Below, one piece after another: positions 39,254 through 49,397 of a DNA stretch of 64,000 bases. The stretch covers positions 1,088,001 to 1,152,000 of the forward strand of contig OY764159.1 of assembly GCA_963668175.1 (NCBI GenBank), read 5' to 3'. A program made the position numbers and the translations under genes. Position 1 is the stretch's first letter. Each line of letters opens with the position of its first letter. This stretch comes from Syntrophales bacterium (lineage in GTDB: Bacteria; Desulfobacterota; Syntrophia; Syntrophales; PHBD01). The notes below the pieces were generated by a model that ran no database searches, was not told where the DNA came from, and was given only the letters and a program-made list of their open reading frames with translations.

Positions 39254-40354
39254 TTACTTGGCCGGTGTCGCTTTGTTGTCCTGTTTGGGCCCGGCGGGAG
39301 GGGCTGCAGGCGGTGCGGGTGCGGCCGAAGGGGCTGATGCCGGCGGCGCTGCGGTCGGAGGAGGTGCTGCGGCAGCCGGAGCAGGTTCCGCGAGGAAGCT
39401 CGTAATCTTGGCGTTCTTTTTGAGGTTTTCAATATATTCCTGGACCCTCATGCCGCTCTTCTGGCGGACAAGGACCTGTTTGATGTCCGCCTTTACTTCG
39501 TCGTAAGACTTTTGATGCGCGGCCTTCTTGTCCGTGACGGCCAGGATATGATAGCCGAAATTCGTTTTAAACGGTTCACTGATCGTTCCGGGCTTAAGCG
39601 AAAAAGCGACCTTGGAGAATTCGGGGATAATCCGGTCCCTGGAGAAAAATCCTAAATCGCCCCCTCGCGTCTTGGTGTCGTCCTCGGAGAATTCCCCCGC
39701 CGCCGCCGCGAAATCCTTCTTTTTGTCCATAACGTCTTTCCTGATCGCGGCAAGCTTGGCCTTGTTTTCCTTGTCTTCCTTGTCCGCCTCGGGCGTGCCT
39801 TTCGGGGCTTTTGATCTCAGTAAGATGTGACTGGCCCTTACCTGATCGGGTACATTGAAACGTTCCTTATTTTCATCGTAGAACTTTTTGATTTCGGCAT
39901 CGTCAATCTGAATCTTGCCGACGATCTCCTTCTCCAGAAAGGTATCGATGGTGATGTTTTTCTTCAAATCGTCACGGATATCCGCTTCGGTAATCTCGTT
40001 TTCCTTGAGAACTTTCTCGAAATCTTCCTTTTGCTTGTACTGCGATTTGATGATGTCGAACTTTTTGTTCACTTCGTCGTCCGGGATGGCCACATTCGCT
40101 TTCTTGGCTTCCTGCAGGAGAAGTTCAATGGCGATCATCTTGTCCAGGATCATTTTTTGAAGGTCGTATTTTTGCTCGGGGGCAATCTGGCGTCCCATTT
40201 TTTCGATCTGCTTCATCTGCTTTACGATGATGAAATCGAACTTTTGCCGCGGTATTTTACTATCGTTGACAATGGCGATATACTTCTCGCTGTCTTTGGT
40301 GCATCCGAATGCCAGCAAGATAGCCAGGCATAGCGGAATTACGATTCTCTTCAT
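39254..40354 (-). CDS. PrsA/PpiC-type peptidyl-prolyl isomerase lipoprotein
   Basis: Lipobox AFGC, VRASHIL, GGDLGFF, FGYHI; AAGGAGG before ATG 40354; Ala/Pro tail. Confidence 0.92.
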   Translation of the reverse strand: MKRIVIPLCLAILLAFGCTKDSEKYIAIVNDSKIPRQKFDFIIVKQMKQIEKMGRQIAPEQKYDLQKMILDKMIAIELLLQEAKKANVAIPDDEVNKKFDIIKSQYKQKEDFEKVLKENEITEADIRDDLKKNITIDTFLEKEIVGKIQIDDAEIKKFYDENKERFNVPDQVRASHILLRSKAPKGTPEADKEDKENKAKLAAIRKDVMDKKKDFAAAAGEFSEDDTKTRGGDLGFFSRDRIIPEFSKVAFSLKPGTISEPFKTNFGYHILAVTDKKAAHQKSYDEVKADIKQVLVRQKSGMRVQEYIENLKKNAKITSFLAEPAPAAAAPPPTAAPPASAPSAAPAPPAAPPAGPKQDNKATPAK

Positions 40355-40618
40355 AGAACCTCCTTGGATTGTCGCGCCTTTGTCCGGCGGTAAGCCGCTT
40401 CCGTACCGGTTTTTGCCGGCAGTGACCGAGGTTGACGTCTTGTTGTGTACCCTGCCCTCGGTTCTGTACGTCATTTGTCGATGAAGATGGATATAATCGC
40501 TGCGGCCGGAGCGCCGCGGATGACGGAGCGGCCCCGCAGGGACACATTTCCACACCGGACGCGCGAGCATAGAGAGGATAACTCCCCATGTCAAGGAAAA
40601 AGTGCGGCAGCGGGATGT

Positions 40619-41260
40619 TTAAATATAATCGAACCACTGCTGTTCCACGATACGGAAATTCTCCTGTACGGCTTCCGTCCCCACGACGGGGCCACCGTGA
40701 CCGGGAAGCAGATATTCGACATCGAGGGCGGCTATTTTTTTGATGCTTTCCTTCAATTGACTTCCGTCTCCGCCGGGTAAGTCCGTCCGTCCGATTCCCT
40801 GCTGAAAGATCAGATCGCCGGTAAAAAGGGCCTTACGGACCGGCCAGTAAAGACAGATTGAGCCCGGCGAGTGGCCCGGCGTACTGATGACTTCGAAACG
40901 GTTCTTTCCCAGGATGAGATCGCCGGTTCCGAGGAAGAAGTCCGGTTCCGGCATCCGGAAATACCGTCCGGCCATTTTTTTTACAAAGTCATGTTCTTTT
41001 TGGCTTATACCCCAAACCGTCCGATCGCCTAATTGAGCGATGCCCTCCATGTGGTCCGGGTGACCGTGTGTTATCAGAACGACTTCGATCCCGTTCCATG
41101 AGATGCCCGCTGTCTGCAGTCCCTGTTCTACGTGGCTCAGCAGATGTTCGTGCCCCGGATCGATGAGAATCTTCTTTCCATCGTCGATAAAGTATGCGTT
41201 GCAGTTGTTTTCCCTGTAGCTCTGCCATATGAAGGCGTGTAGTCCATCGAAAATCTTCAT
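40619..41260 (-). CDS. MBL-fold metallo-hydrolase
   Basis: THGHPDH, PGHSPG, TGD, PGHG. Confidence 0.92.
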   Translation of the reverse strand: MKIFDGLHAFIWQSYRENNCNAYFIDDGKKILIDPGHEHLLSHVEQGLQTAGISWNGIEVVLITHGHPDHMEGIAQLGDRTVWGISQKEHDFVKKMAGRYFRMPEPDFFLGTGDLILGKNRFEVISTPGHSPGSICLYWPVRKALFTGDLIFQQGIGRTDLPGGDGSQLKESIKKIAALDVEYLLPGHGGPVVGTEAVQENFRIVEQQWFDYI

Positions 41261-41281
41261 GTTTTTATTCCCTTTGCCATA

Positions 41282-41746
41282 TTAAAACCGGATTTCCATC
41301 CGGATCTGGGGTTCGATCATCTTGCCCAGGGATTGCATGGAGTCCCTGTATGAGCCCTGAAAAATGAGCGGAAACATCTGGCTGACATCGAGTTGATCGG
41401 CCGGTGTCAGGCGATGATAGCTCTTGTCCATGGACGGTTCCGCCAGCATGGAATTGAAGGAAAACCTGAGGTTCTTATAGTCGATCTCGTTCCACGACGA
41501 GTTGTTGTTTTTCCCGGTCATATCTTTGGCCGATTCCGTAAAGGGCGAATAAGAATAACTGCTGTATCGGGGTGTGTTCTCCTTTGCCGCCGAGAATGAT
41601 TTGTCCTTGGCGAGAAAAGGACTCTGTGCATCTTTGAAACTAAACCCGAAAAAGCTTTCCGCTCCCATGCTCTCGAGAGGTTGACATAACAGAAGCAATG
41701 AGACAAGTGCGGCTGCGGTAAAAATTCTAATGGTGTGCGCGGTCAT
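41282..41746 (-). CDS. Secreted hypothetical protein
   Basis: Signal-peptide-like N-terminus, AAGGA RBS, overlaps the end of the amidase gene. Confidence 0.6.
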   Translation of the reverse strand: MTAHTIRIFTAAALVSLLLLCQPLESMGAESFFGFSFKDAQSPFLAKDKSFSAAKENTPRYSSYSYSPFTESAKDMTGKNNNSSWNEIDYKNLRFSFNSMLAEPSMDKSYHRLTPADQLDVSQMFPLIFQGSYRDSMQSLGKMIEPQIRMEIRF

Positions 41747-43556
41747 AGTTCTTTCCTTGCGCCGTATCGCCGTTTGCCGGTTCCACGGGGACAATCAGTT
41801 CCTGATCGATGTACAGGGCCTCGTCGGGCCTGAGCTTGTTCAGGTCCTGCAGTTCGCCGACAGTGCTGTTGCAGCGCCGGGCGATGGTCAGGAGGCTGTC
41901 CCCCTCCTTGACCCGATAAAGATATATCCTGGCCGGTAAGGCCGCCGGCTGATCCCCTGCGTTCTTCTTCACCTCGGCCGGCGGAGTTTCAGGAGGGCTG
42001 ATTCTGATCTTCCGTCCTACATAGAGCGGATCGTCCAGATTCAGCCGGTTCGCCTTGGCCAGTTCAGTCGCGTCCAATCCATGACGATTGGCTATGCCGG
42101 TCAGCGTGTCCCCTTTCTTCACCCGATAAACAAGAACCCGCTCCTTGGTTTCGGCTGGCAGACTCCTTTCGGTCTCCGTTTTGGGTGTAGGCTTCTCTTC
42201 TCCCGGGGGTGGCAATTTTAATTTTCTTCCTACATATAAAGGCGCATCAGCGTTGAGACGATTGATCTTTAATAAATCCGCGACGGTCGTATCATATTTT
42301 CGCGCGATGGCGTGAACGGTATCGCCTTTTTTGACCCTGTAAAACCTTAATTTAGTCACGGATGCGCCTTTAGGCAACTCACCGGAAGAAGCGGCGGCCA
42401 AGATTTTTTTGTTCTTGTCGGGAGGCGCCGCCGGTGCGAATTCATAAACCGCCTCAGCGATGGCGGATGCTATACCCTGCTGGAATCGAGGACTTCTCAG
42501 CATCTGTTCTTCTCCCGGGTTCGAGATGAAGGCCGTTTCGATGAGCAGCGAGGGGATATCGGGCATTTTGAGTACGCGGAAAGGGGCCTCCTGCACAACG
42601 CCGTGCTTGATACGGCTGAAACCTTCCAGACGTTTCAGAACCTGGTTGCCGAAAGTCTTCGATAAATTGATCGTATTGGTCTGGTACATGTTGAGGACGA
42701 TTGCGTCCGACTCATCGCTGCTCTCGGCGTCCGCGACACCGCCGACGATATCCGAAAGGTTTTCATGAGAGGCCAGAAGGCGTCCCGCCTCGCTGCCCGC
42801 GCCGCGCAGGGACAGGCAATAGACTGAACTGCCCCGGGCGCTCCTCCCCCAAAACGCGTCGGCATGGATACTGATGAAGAGGTCGGCCCCGTATTCCCTG
42901 GCAATCGTCAGGCGCTTCTTGAAGGACACATAGTAATCACCTTTCCGTGTCAGAAAAGCCCGGTAACCGTCTTTGCGGTTGATGCTGTCCTTAAGCTTTT
43001 TACCGATCGCGAGAACGACGGTCTTTTCCTGGGTGCCGTTCTTGCCGATAGCGCCGGGATCGTCTCCGCCGTGTCCCGGGTCGATCACAATGACCCGGTC
43101 CTTGGCCCGGACCTTGACGGCTTCCCGCGACCGGCTTTCTGCCTTCTCCACTTCGGGAAATTCAATATCGATGACTACCCGGTCCGGTTTATCCTGGAAT
43201 TTTTTCAACTTGAAGATCCTGGCCTCGGCACGGCGGGGTAGGGCAACGGAAACGCGGACCGTACGGTCGCCACGCCTGGTTATATAAATCTTTTCGGTGC
43301 CCGGTTTTTTAAGAACAATCTTCATAGGCACCCTTTTGCCTGGCCGGGCATCCTGGAAATCGATATTCAGTTTCTGTTCCGCCTTGTCGACGGTGTACTT
43401 CGGTTCGTGGTCGGTATCGATGACGATTCTCGTGTGATCGGGCGCAGACCAGTGCCGGATATTCTGGATGAGGGTTTCGGCGGACGCAGTGCGCGCGTAA
43501 AAGAGAAAGACGGCCAGTATGACGAACCACGCGGCTTTGATATAACGGCTGCACAT
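41727..43556 (-). CDS. N-acetylmuramoyl-L-alanine amidase (AMIN + Amidase_3 + 3 LysM)
   Basis: IDPGHGG, SIHAD, IETAFISN; three YRVKxGD LysM repeats. Confidence 0.93.
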   Translation of the reverse strand: MCSRYIKAAWFVILAVFLFYARTASAETLIQNIRHWSAPDHTRIVIDTDHEPKYTVDKAEQKLNIDFQDARPGKRVPMKIVLKKPGTEKIYITRRGDRTVRVSVALPRRAEARIFKLKKFQDKPDRVVIDIEFPEVEKAESRSREAVKVRAKDRVIVIDPGHGGDDPGAIGKNGTQEKTVVLAIGKKLKDSINRKDGYRAFLTRKGDYYVSFKKRLTIAREYGADLFISIHADAFWGRSARGSSVYCLSLRGAGSEAGRLLASHENLSDIVGGVADAESSDESDAIVLNMYQTNTINLSKTFGNQVLKRLEGFSRIKHGVVQEAPFRVLKMPDIPSLLIETAFISNPGEEQMLRSPRFQQGIASAIAEAVYEFAPAAPPDKNKKILAAASSGELPKGASVTKLRFYRVKKGDTVHAIARKYDTTVADLLKINRLNADAPLYVGRKLKLPPPGEEKPTPKTETERSLPAETKERVLVYRVKKGDTLTGIANRHGLDATELAKANRLNLDDPLYVGRKIRISPPETPPAEVKKNAGDQPAALPARIYLYRVKEGDSLLTIARRCNSTVGELQDLNKLRPDEALYIDQELIVPVEPANGDTAQGKNYDRAHH

Positions 43557-43684
43557 AGGTTTATTGCTCCAGTAGGGCTGCAATGTAGCAGATACATTGG
43601 GAGATTTCAATACGGATGGTGAAAAGCTGTTGACAACACCTCCGGTAGATGTCATTTAATAAAAAAACGAAAGAGATTATCGGT

Positions 43685-44584
43685 ATGGAGATTAGAAAGC
43701 TGTTGGAACAAAAGAGATTTACCCTCTCCTTCGAGGTATTTCCCCCGATCCGGGAGGGAAACCTGGAGAACCTTTACAAGACCATCGAAGGGCTTGGAGA
43801 ATTGAGCCCGGATTTCATATCGGTTACCTACGGAGCAGGCGGGAGTACCAGGGACAAATCCCTGGAAATCGCTTCAAAAGTAAAAAACAGTTTTCAGCGG
43901 GAGGTCCTCGCGCACCTTACCTGCGTCCAGGCCACCCGGGACGATATCGCCCGGATTCTGGACGCCTTCCGGGAGGCCGGCGTCGAAAATATCATGGCCC
44001 TGCGGGGAGACCCGCCGGCGGGGACGGAGTCGTTCGTGCCGACGGCCGGCGGCTTCCGTTATGCGAACGACCTGGTGGCATTTATCCGGCAGAGACAGGA
44101 CTTTTGTATAGGTGTTGCCGGGTATCCCGAAGGCCATATCGAAGCCCCGTCCCTGGAGGAGGATTTGAAGAATCTGAAGAAGAAAGTCGATGCGGGGGCC
44201 GATTTCATCATCACGCAACTCTTCTTCAATAACGAGAGCTTTTACCGTTTTCGCGACCGCTCAGGACAGTTGAAGATTCAGGTGCCGATCATTCCCGGCA
44301 TTTTTCCCATCCTGAATTACAAACAAATTAAACGAATCGTGTCGCTTTGCGGCGCCCATATCCCGACCAAGCTGGGAGAGAAGATCGATCGCTTCAAGGA
44401 TAAACCCGAAGAGACGGAAAAATACGGCATCGAATACGCCATCCTTCAGATTGAAGATCTGCTTCGTAACGATTTGCCCGGCCTGCATATATACAGCATG
44501 AACCGGAGCGAGCCGGTCCACTGTATTCTGAAAGAACTGAAGCTTTCGCGGACCGCGAGTGAACCGGACGCCGGCTGTCTGTAA
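43685..44584 (+). CDS. metF: 5,10-methylenetetrahydrofolate reductase
   Basis: SFEVFPP, SVTYGAGG, AHLTC, ALRGD, ITQLFF. Confidence 0.95.
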   Translation: MEIRKLLEQKRFTLSFEVFPPIREGNLENLYKTIEGLGELSPDFISVTYGAGGSTRDKSLEIASKVKNSFQREVLAHLTCVQATRDDIARILDAFREAGVENIMALRGDPPAGTESFVPTAGGFRYANDLVAFIRQRQDFCIGVAGYPEGHIEAPSLEEDLKNLKKKVDAGADFIITQLFFNNESFYRFRDRSGQLKIQVPIIPGIFPILNYKQIKRIVSLCGAHIPTKLGEKIDRFKDKPEETEKYGIEYAILQIEDLLRNDLPGLHIYSMNRSEPVHCILKELKLSRTASEPDAGCL

Positions 44585-44670
44585 AAAGAAGACGGCAGGA
44601 GTTGCAGAAACGAAAAAAATTGACAGCTATTCCAAAACGTGGCAAAGGAACGCCTCCTGAAAGGAGATAA

Positions 44671-44746
44671 GGGCGATTAGCTCAGAGGATAGAGCGCTGG
44701 TCTCCGGAACCAGAGGCCCTGGGTTCGAATCCCAGATCGCCTACCA
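44671..44746 (+). tRNA. tRNA-Arg (anticodon CCG)
   Basis: Cloverleaf with GGGCGAT/ATCGCCT acceptor, CTGGT-CTCCGGA-ACCAG anticodon arm, TTCGAAT T-loop, A20, encoded CCA. Confidence 0.96.
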
Positions 44747-44753
44747 TGATACC

Positions 44754-44785
44754 AAGGGCAGTTATGGGAACCATAACTGCCTTTT
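44754..44785 (+). terminator. Terminator after the tRNA
   Basis: GGCAGTTATGG / CCATAACTGCC followed by TTTT. Confidence 0.8.
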
Positions 44786-45084
44786 CTATGAGGCCTCGTA
44801 CATCATGCCTTTCATCCTTCGATCCCGCGAAAATCATCAGATACGGATTTGTATTCCTAAACTTGTGTCGGGTATTCGATCATCTTTAGTTTTCGGTGGC
44901 CTGTCGGCGCGTAAGGTCCCTTCACCTTTTGTTGATCTATTGATTGCCATATCGGGCCGTATTGTTTATAATGAAAGTATAACGGTTCAGATGGCACCTC
45001 TGAAGATAAAATAACCGCCGACAGCGGAGCAGGGGGCATTACATGCCCGCGGCGTACGCTGGCGACAGGGAAAGAGGACGCGGA

Positions 45085-46107
45085 ATGCAGCGAATGGAAA
45101 TTATCAGGCCGGAGTTGATTAACATCTTGGTTGTGGATGATGAGCAGACCATCCGGGATATCGTTCAGGACGCCATGGAATTCGCCGGCTTTAAATGCAG
45201 ATCCGCAAAAGACGGTGTTGAAGCCTTGGATATCATGACCCAGCAGACTTTCGATGTTGTCATCACGGATATCATGATGCCCCACTTGAACGGCATAGAC
45301 CTCACCCGGGCCATCAAGGAACGGTACAGTTCGGATGTCATCATGATGACCGGCTACGTCGACAATTTCACCTTCGAGGACAGCGTCGATCTGGGCGTCA
45401 GTGATTTCATGCAAAAACCGGTCGGCGTCCGTGAATTGATCATCCGCGTCAAACGTGTCCTGCGTGAGAGGGCGCTTTTGAGCGATCGCAACACGGTCAC
45501 CGTCAAGCTGAACGAAACCCTCCAGAATTTAAGAAAATCGATGGATGCCACGGTGCAGGCGATCGCGATGACCGTCGAAGCGCGGGACCCCTACACGGCA
45601 GGTCATCAGCGCCGCGTCGCGGAGCTTGCCGTCGCCATTGCGGAGGATATGGGGATGTCGAGCAATATGGTGGAAGGGATACGCATGGCGGGCGTTGTTC
45701 ACGACCTGGGTAAAATATCCATCCCGGCGGAGATATTGAGCAAGCCGAGCCGCCTGTCGGAAATGGAATATGAACTGGTTAAGGAACATTCCCAGACGGG
45801 ATACCGCATCCTGAAGGATATCGAATTCCCCTGGCCGATCGCACGTATCGTGCAGCAGCACCATGAAAGAATCGACGGTTCCGGTTACCCGGGAAATCTG
45901 CGCAGCGGCGAAATTTTGATCGAGGCGCGGATCATCGCCGTGGCCGACGTCGTGGAAGCCATGGCATCCCACAGGCCGTACCGCGCATCTTTGGGCCTGA
46001 GTAAGGCGCTGGAGGAAATATCGACTTACCGCGGGAAATATTACGAGATGGAGGTAGTCGACTCCTGCCTCAAGATATTCCGGGAGAAGTCCTTCGCTTT
46101 TTCGTGA
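45085..46107 (+). CDS. Response regulator with HD-GYP phosphodiesterase domain
   Basis: Receiver motifs VVDDE, TDIMMP, KP; HD-GYP motifs HDLGK, HHERIDGSGYP, RPYR. Confidence 0.93.
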   Translation: MQRMEIIRPELINILVVDDEQTIRDIVQDAMEFAGFKCRSAKDGVEALDIMTQQTFDVVITDIMMPHLNGIDLTRAIKERYSSDVIMMTGYVDNFTFEDSVDLGVSDFMQKPVGVRELIIRVKRVLRERALLSDRNTVTVKLNETLQNLRKSMDATVQAIAMTVEARDPYTAGHQRRVAELAVAIAEDMGMSSNMVEGIRMAGVVHDLGKISIPAEILSKPSRLSEMEYELVKEHSQTGYRILKDIEFPWPIARIVQQHHERIDGSGYPGNLRSGEILIEARIIAVADVVEAMASHRPYRASLGLSKALEEISTYRGKYYEMEVVDSCLKIFREKSFAFS

Positions 46108-46544
46108 ACGACCCGAAGCGGTCGATGACCGCATTGCCCGAAACGCATTTCCCTGTTATGCCGCATCCCGCCTTCCGGTATCCCATGACGGTTCACGGAG
46201 CTTTTCGGTAGTCACGCCCGCCGCCGCCCCGGCGGGGAAAGGGCCGATGCTTTTTAAGACGGCTGTTTTCTTGACAATACGACATCCATGGTTAATTTAA
46301 TACAGTAAAGCATTTTCTTTCGCGTTCCACATCTCCTCCGTGCAGATCAGCAATATCTCGGATGCTCCGCTGCACCATCCACCCAGCACCTCATCTTCAC
46401 TTCGCCCTTTCTTTTTTCTGAAACGAGGACCATCGTCCGGCAAGCCCTCTTGCCAGAAGCTGCCGGTCGGCGTATTTGGATAGGGTGCCGTATAAAAGAG
46501 CCAAGAATTTCAATGTCTTAAATTGGATCAAAGGGGGTGAGGTC

Positions 46545-46805
46545 ATGTTTCACATGATGATATGTACATGGGAACCGCGGGACGAGAGGGAAGTGAGGAC
46601 GAAAAGAGTAACCTGGGAGTGGCCGGATGACATCAAAGTCATATCGGAATTTTACGATCTTCAGGGCTGCAGGACGGTTTACGTCGTCGACACCGATGCC
46701 AAGGGATTGATCGCAGCCCGGGCGGCATGGATCGATCTCCTGAAGTTCGAGATTTTTCCTGTATATCCGATCGGGAGGAGCAAGGAAGCGTTGATGGCAA
46801 AATGA
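46545..46805 (+). CDS. DUF3303-like small protein
   Basis: TWEP...P-x2-IKV...D-x2-G...FEIFPV pattern; strong RBS. Confidence 0.65.
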   Translation: MFHMMICTWEPRDEREVRTKRVTWEWPDDIKVISEFYDLQGCRTVYVVDTDAKGLIAARAAWIDLLKFEIFPVYPIGRSKEALMAK

Positions 46806-46882
46806 CAAAGAACCGGCCGTCGGCAAGCCCGGCCGGTTTGACCGCATGACGTGGTAGCGCTTGGACAGAAAGGAGAACAGCC

Positions 46883-47056
46883 ATGTCAAAACTCGATCTT
46901 ACCAGGGAAGAAGAAAAGATGCTTCTGAGCCTTCTCGAAAGATACTATCCGAATCTGAGAAGGGAGGTCGTGAATACCGATGACCGCGAGTTTCGCAGAT
47001 CGCTCAAGGAGCAGGAGGCATTCATGAAAAGTATCATCGAGCGCCTGCAGAAATGA
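46883..47056 (+). CDS. Small helical hypothetical protein (57 aa), absent from the ORF track
   Basis: AAGGAG RBS; MSKLDLTREEEKMLLSLLERYYPNLRREVVNTDDREFRRSLKEQEAFMKSIIERLQK. Confidence 0.75.
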   Translation: MSKLDLTREEEKMLLSLLERYYPNLRREVVNTDDREFRRSLKEQEAFMKSIIERLQK

Positions 47057-47096
47057 CGGATGCGCGGCAGGCGGGAAGCGATTCGGCGTTGCCTAT

Positions 47097-47134
47097 AAAA
47101 AAAACCGAGCATTCTTTGCAGAATGCTCGGTTTT
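47097..47134. terminator. Bidirectional terminator
   Basis: AAAACCGAGCATTCT / AGAATGCTCGGTTTT between convergent genes. Confidence 0.8.
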
Positions 47135-47156
47135 CTAACCAAAATTTGTAAAAATC

Positions 47157-47381
47157 TTACTTTGCAGCGGGCGTCGTTGCTGCTGCAGCGGGAGCAGCTG
47201 ATGTCCCTGCCGGTGCAGGAGTCGTTCCAGCCGGTGCAGGAGCAGGAGCGGGTGCTGGGGCAGTCTTCGCGGGTTCTGCCGGCTTTTGCTCTTCGGCCTT
47301 TTTGCAACCAACGACTGCAAAAGACAGCGCTACGAACAGAAGCATTGAAAGAATGATAGCAAACACCTTTTTCATGGACAT
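47157..47381 (-). CDS. Small Ala/Pro-rich lipoprotein
   Basis: AGGAGG RBS, lipobox VVGC, low-complexity PA tail. Confidence 0.8.
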   Translation of the reverse strand: MSMKKVFAIILSMLLFVALSFAVVGCKKAEEQKPAEPAKTAPAPAPAPAPAGTTPAPAGTSAAPAAAATTPAAK

Positions 47382-48037
47382 TTTACCTCCTTTCAAAGAT
47401 TTTCAATTCTGGTGAGTCATCACCCTCTTAGCGCGCAAAAAATACTCATTTTTTAAATGTTGTCAAGATAAATCTGCGCCTAACTTAAAAAATAGTTTTG
47501 ATTGAAGCGCTGCAACATTAAAAAAAAGCACTGATTACGCCGTTTGAGGGATATGCTCGTTCTTGTCTGCGATTGCTCGGAACTTCCGAAGGTACGCCTC
47601 GGTTTTCCTTCAGCAATCTGCTCTATGGCAGCCTTTCTTCCGAATGGCCCCGATTATAGGAACGAGGCCGCTTCATGATTAGTCGGTAAATCTTCCCCAC
47701 CGATAACGGCTACTTGAACAAGTTCCGCGTATTAAATATCAATCGAACGCCGTTGTCAAGCCGGATGTTGCGTATTCTGTTCGGAGATGATGGCCTTTGG
47801 GGGTCGGTCTTCGGGCCGGTGCGGATCGCGCCTCCGCGCAGGCTATGGGAAGTTCCTGCGTCCGGCTGCCGTAATCACTGCCCCGGGACTTCAACTTTTA
47901 TTGGCATAAATGGTATAAGAGTGTTAATACTATTCTAGGTTGGCTGTTGTGAGCGGCCGTCAACCGATACATCGTCGAATTTTATCACTCCGTAAGGAAC
48001 GATTCTCGATAAAGGCGCAGTTAAAGGAGGTGTTGGC

Positions 48038-48409
48038 ATGTTTCAGATTGCGGCATATGAAACATTTCAGGATGGGCAGATCATCTTTGAGGAAGGCAGC
48101 AGCGGGGACTGGATATACGAGATCGACACCGGCGTCGTCGAACTTTCCCGCAGTGTCGGCGGCCAAAGAGTTGTTGTGGAAGTCCTCCATGCCGGCGAAG
48201 TCTTCGGGGAAATGGCCTTTGTCGCCAAGATCCCGAGAACGGCGACCGCACGCGCCGTAGGAGAGACAACCTTAGGCATCATGGACCGCGATTATCTGGA
48301 CAAAGAGCTCAATAAGCTTACCGGAAGCTTCAGAACCCTTCTGAAAATTCTCGTCCTGAGACTGAAAAAGGCCACGGACAATATTGTCGACGCCAAAATC
48401 AACCCGTAA
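48038..48409 (+). CDS. Stand-alone cyclic-nucleotide-binding domain protein
   Basis: IFEEG, FGEMA, PRTATA. Confidence 0.9.
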   Translation: MFQIAAYETFQDGQIIFEEGSSGDWIYEIDTGVVELSRSVGGQRVVVEVLHAGEVFGEMAFVAKIPRTATARAVGETTLGIMDRDYLDKELNKLTGSFRTLLKILVLRLKKATDNIVDAKINP

Positions 48410-48453
48410 AACGAGGCCCGGCAAGCGTTCTTAAAGATATAAGATAAATTATG

Positions 48454-48482
48454 TTGACAAATGATCGTTTATCTCGTAAAAG
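48454..48482 (+). promoter_or_regulatory. Sigma-70-type promoter of the rplU operon
   Basis: TTGACA-17bp-TAAAAG. Confidence 0.5.
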
Positions 48483-48515
48483 GGCCGTTCAAATTTTTTT
48501 ATAAGGAATCGGACC

Positions 48516-48827
48516 ATGTACGCAGTCATAAAAACAGGCGGAAAACAGCATAAGGTCAGTGAAGGAGATGTCCTGGCCATTGAGAAGGTTGCCGGGATTG
48601 CAGGCGACACCGTAGTCTTTGACGATGTCCTCATGGTTTCCAAAGACACCGATGTCCGTATCGGAACCCCGGTTGTTCCCGGTGCGAAAGTTGTTGCCGA
48701 AATCATCGCTCAGGCGAAGGCGCCTAAAATAACGGTCTTCAAAATGAAGAGGCGCAAGGGTTTTCATAAAAAGACCGGTCATCGTCAACCCCTGACTCGG
48801 ATGAAGGTTAAGGAAATTACGTTTTAA
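48516..48827 (+). CDS. rplU: 50S ribosomal protein L21
   Basis: [15 protein letters not shown]. Confidence 0.98.
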   Translation: MYAVIKTGGKQHKVSEGDVLAIEKVAGIAGDTVVFDDVLMVSKDTDVRIGTPVVPGAKVVAEIIAQAKAPKITVFKMKRRKGFHKKTGHRQPLTRMKVKEITF

Positions 48828-48836
48828 GGAGGCATT

Positions 48837-49097
48837 ATGGCTCATAAAAAGGGACAGGGGAGTTCGCGTAACGGTCGAGACAGCAATGCCCAGCGAAGAG
48901 GCATCAAGGTATATTCCGGCGAGACCATCACAGCCGGCTCCATCATCGTCCGCCAGGTCGGAACCAAGATCCATCCCGGCAGCAATGTCGGTTTAGGCAA
49001 GGATTACACCATTTTCTCGAAGATCGATGGCGTCGTGAAGTTCGAGCGGCTGGACAAGAAAAGAAAGAAAGTAAGCGTATACCTCCCGGCGGCTTAA
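48837..49097 (+). CDS. rpmA: 50S ribosomal protein L27
   Basis: [16 protein letters not shown]. Confidence 0.98.
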   Translation: MAHKKGQGSSRNGRDSNAQRRGIKVYSGETITAGSIIVRQVGTKIHPGSNVGLGKDYTIFSKIDGVVKFERLDKKRKKVSVYLPAA

Positions 49098-49397
49098 GGA
49101 TGCCTGAACCCGGCCTGCTGCGATATATCGGCGGCGGGATTTGGTGACACCTGACGGTATGAGACGATACGGCGTTTAGCGGGTGGCACCGGGGAAGAAC
49201 GGCCTCTGCCGTAAAGCAACCGATATAGAAACGCAGGAACGAAGATCATGGAACCTGCGACTGACCGAAAAACAAAAGGCACTTCATCAAGTGCCTTTTA
49301 TTTTTGCCCGTGAGGCTGTCGGTCGGATCGGGAACGAAGGTAATGCGTTATGTGACGGCAGAGCGATCCGCCCCCGGTTTCAGGTCCGAAGGAGATT

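Noticed and set aside
43557..43684. SAM riboswitch or Met-regulator site upstream of metF
   Set aside because: The region is short, with only a TTGACA element and a weak TGACA/TGTCA dyad; no aptamer consensus.
46158..46170. 13-mer ATGCCGCATCCCG also present at about 53153
   Set aside because: Only two short copies with no shared flanks; not enough to call a repeat family.
44671..47100. tRNA-Arg as a possible integration site for an island
   Set aside because: No integrase and no duplicated tRNA 3' end seen in the window.
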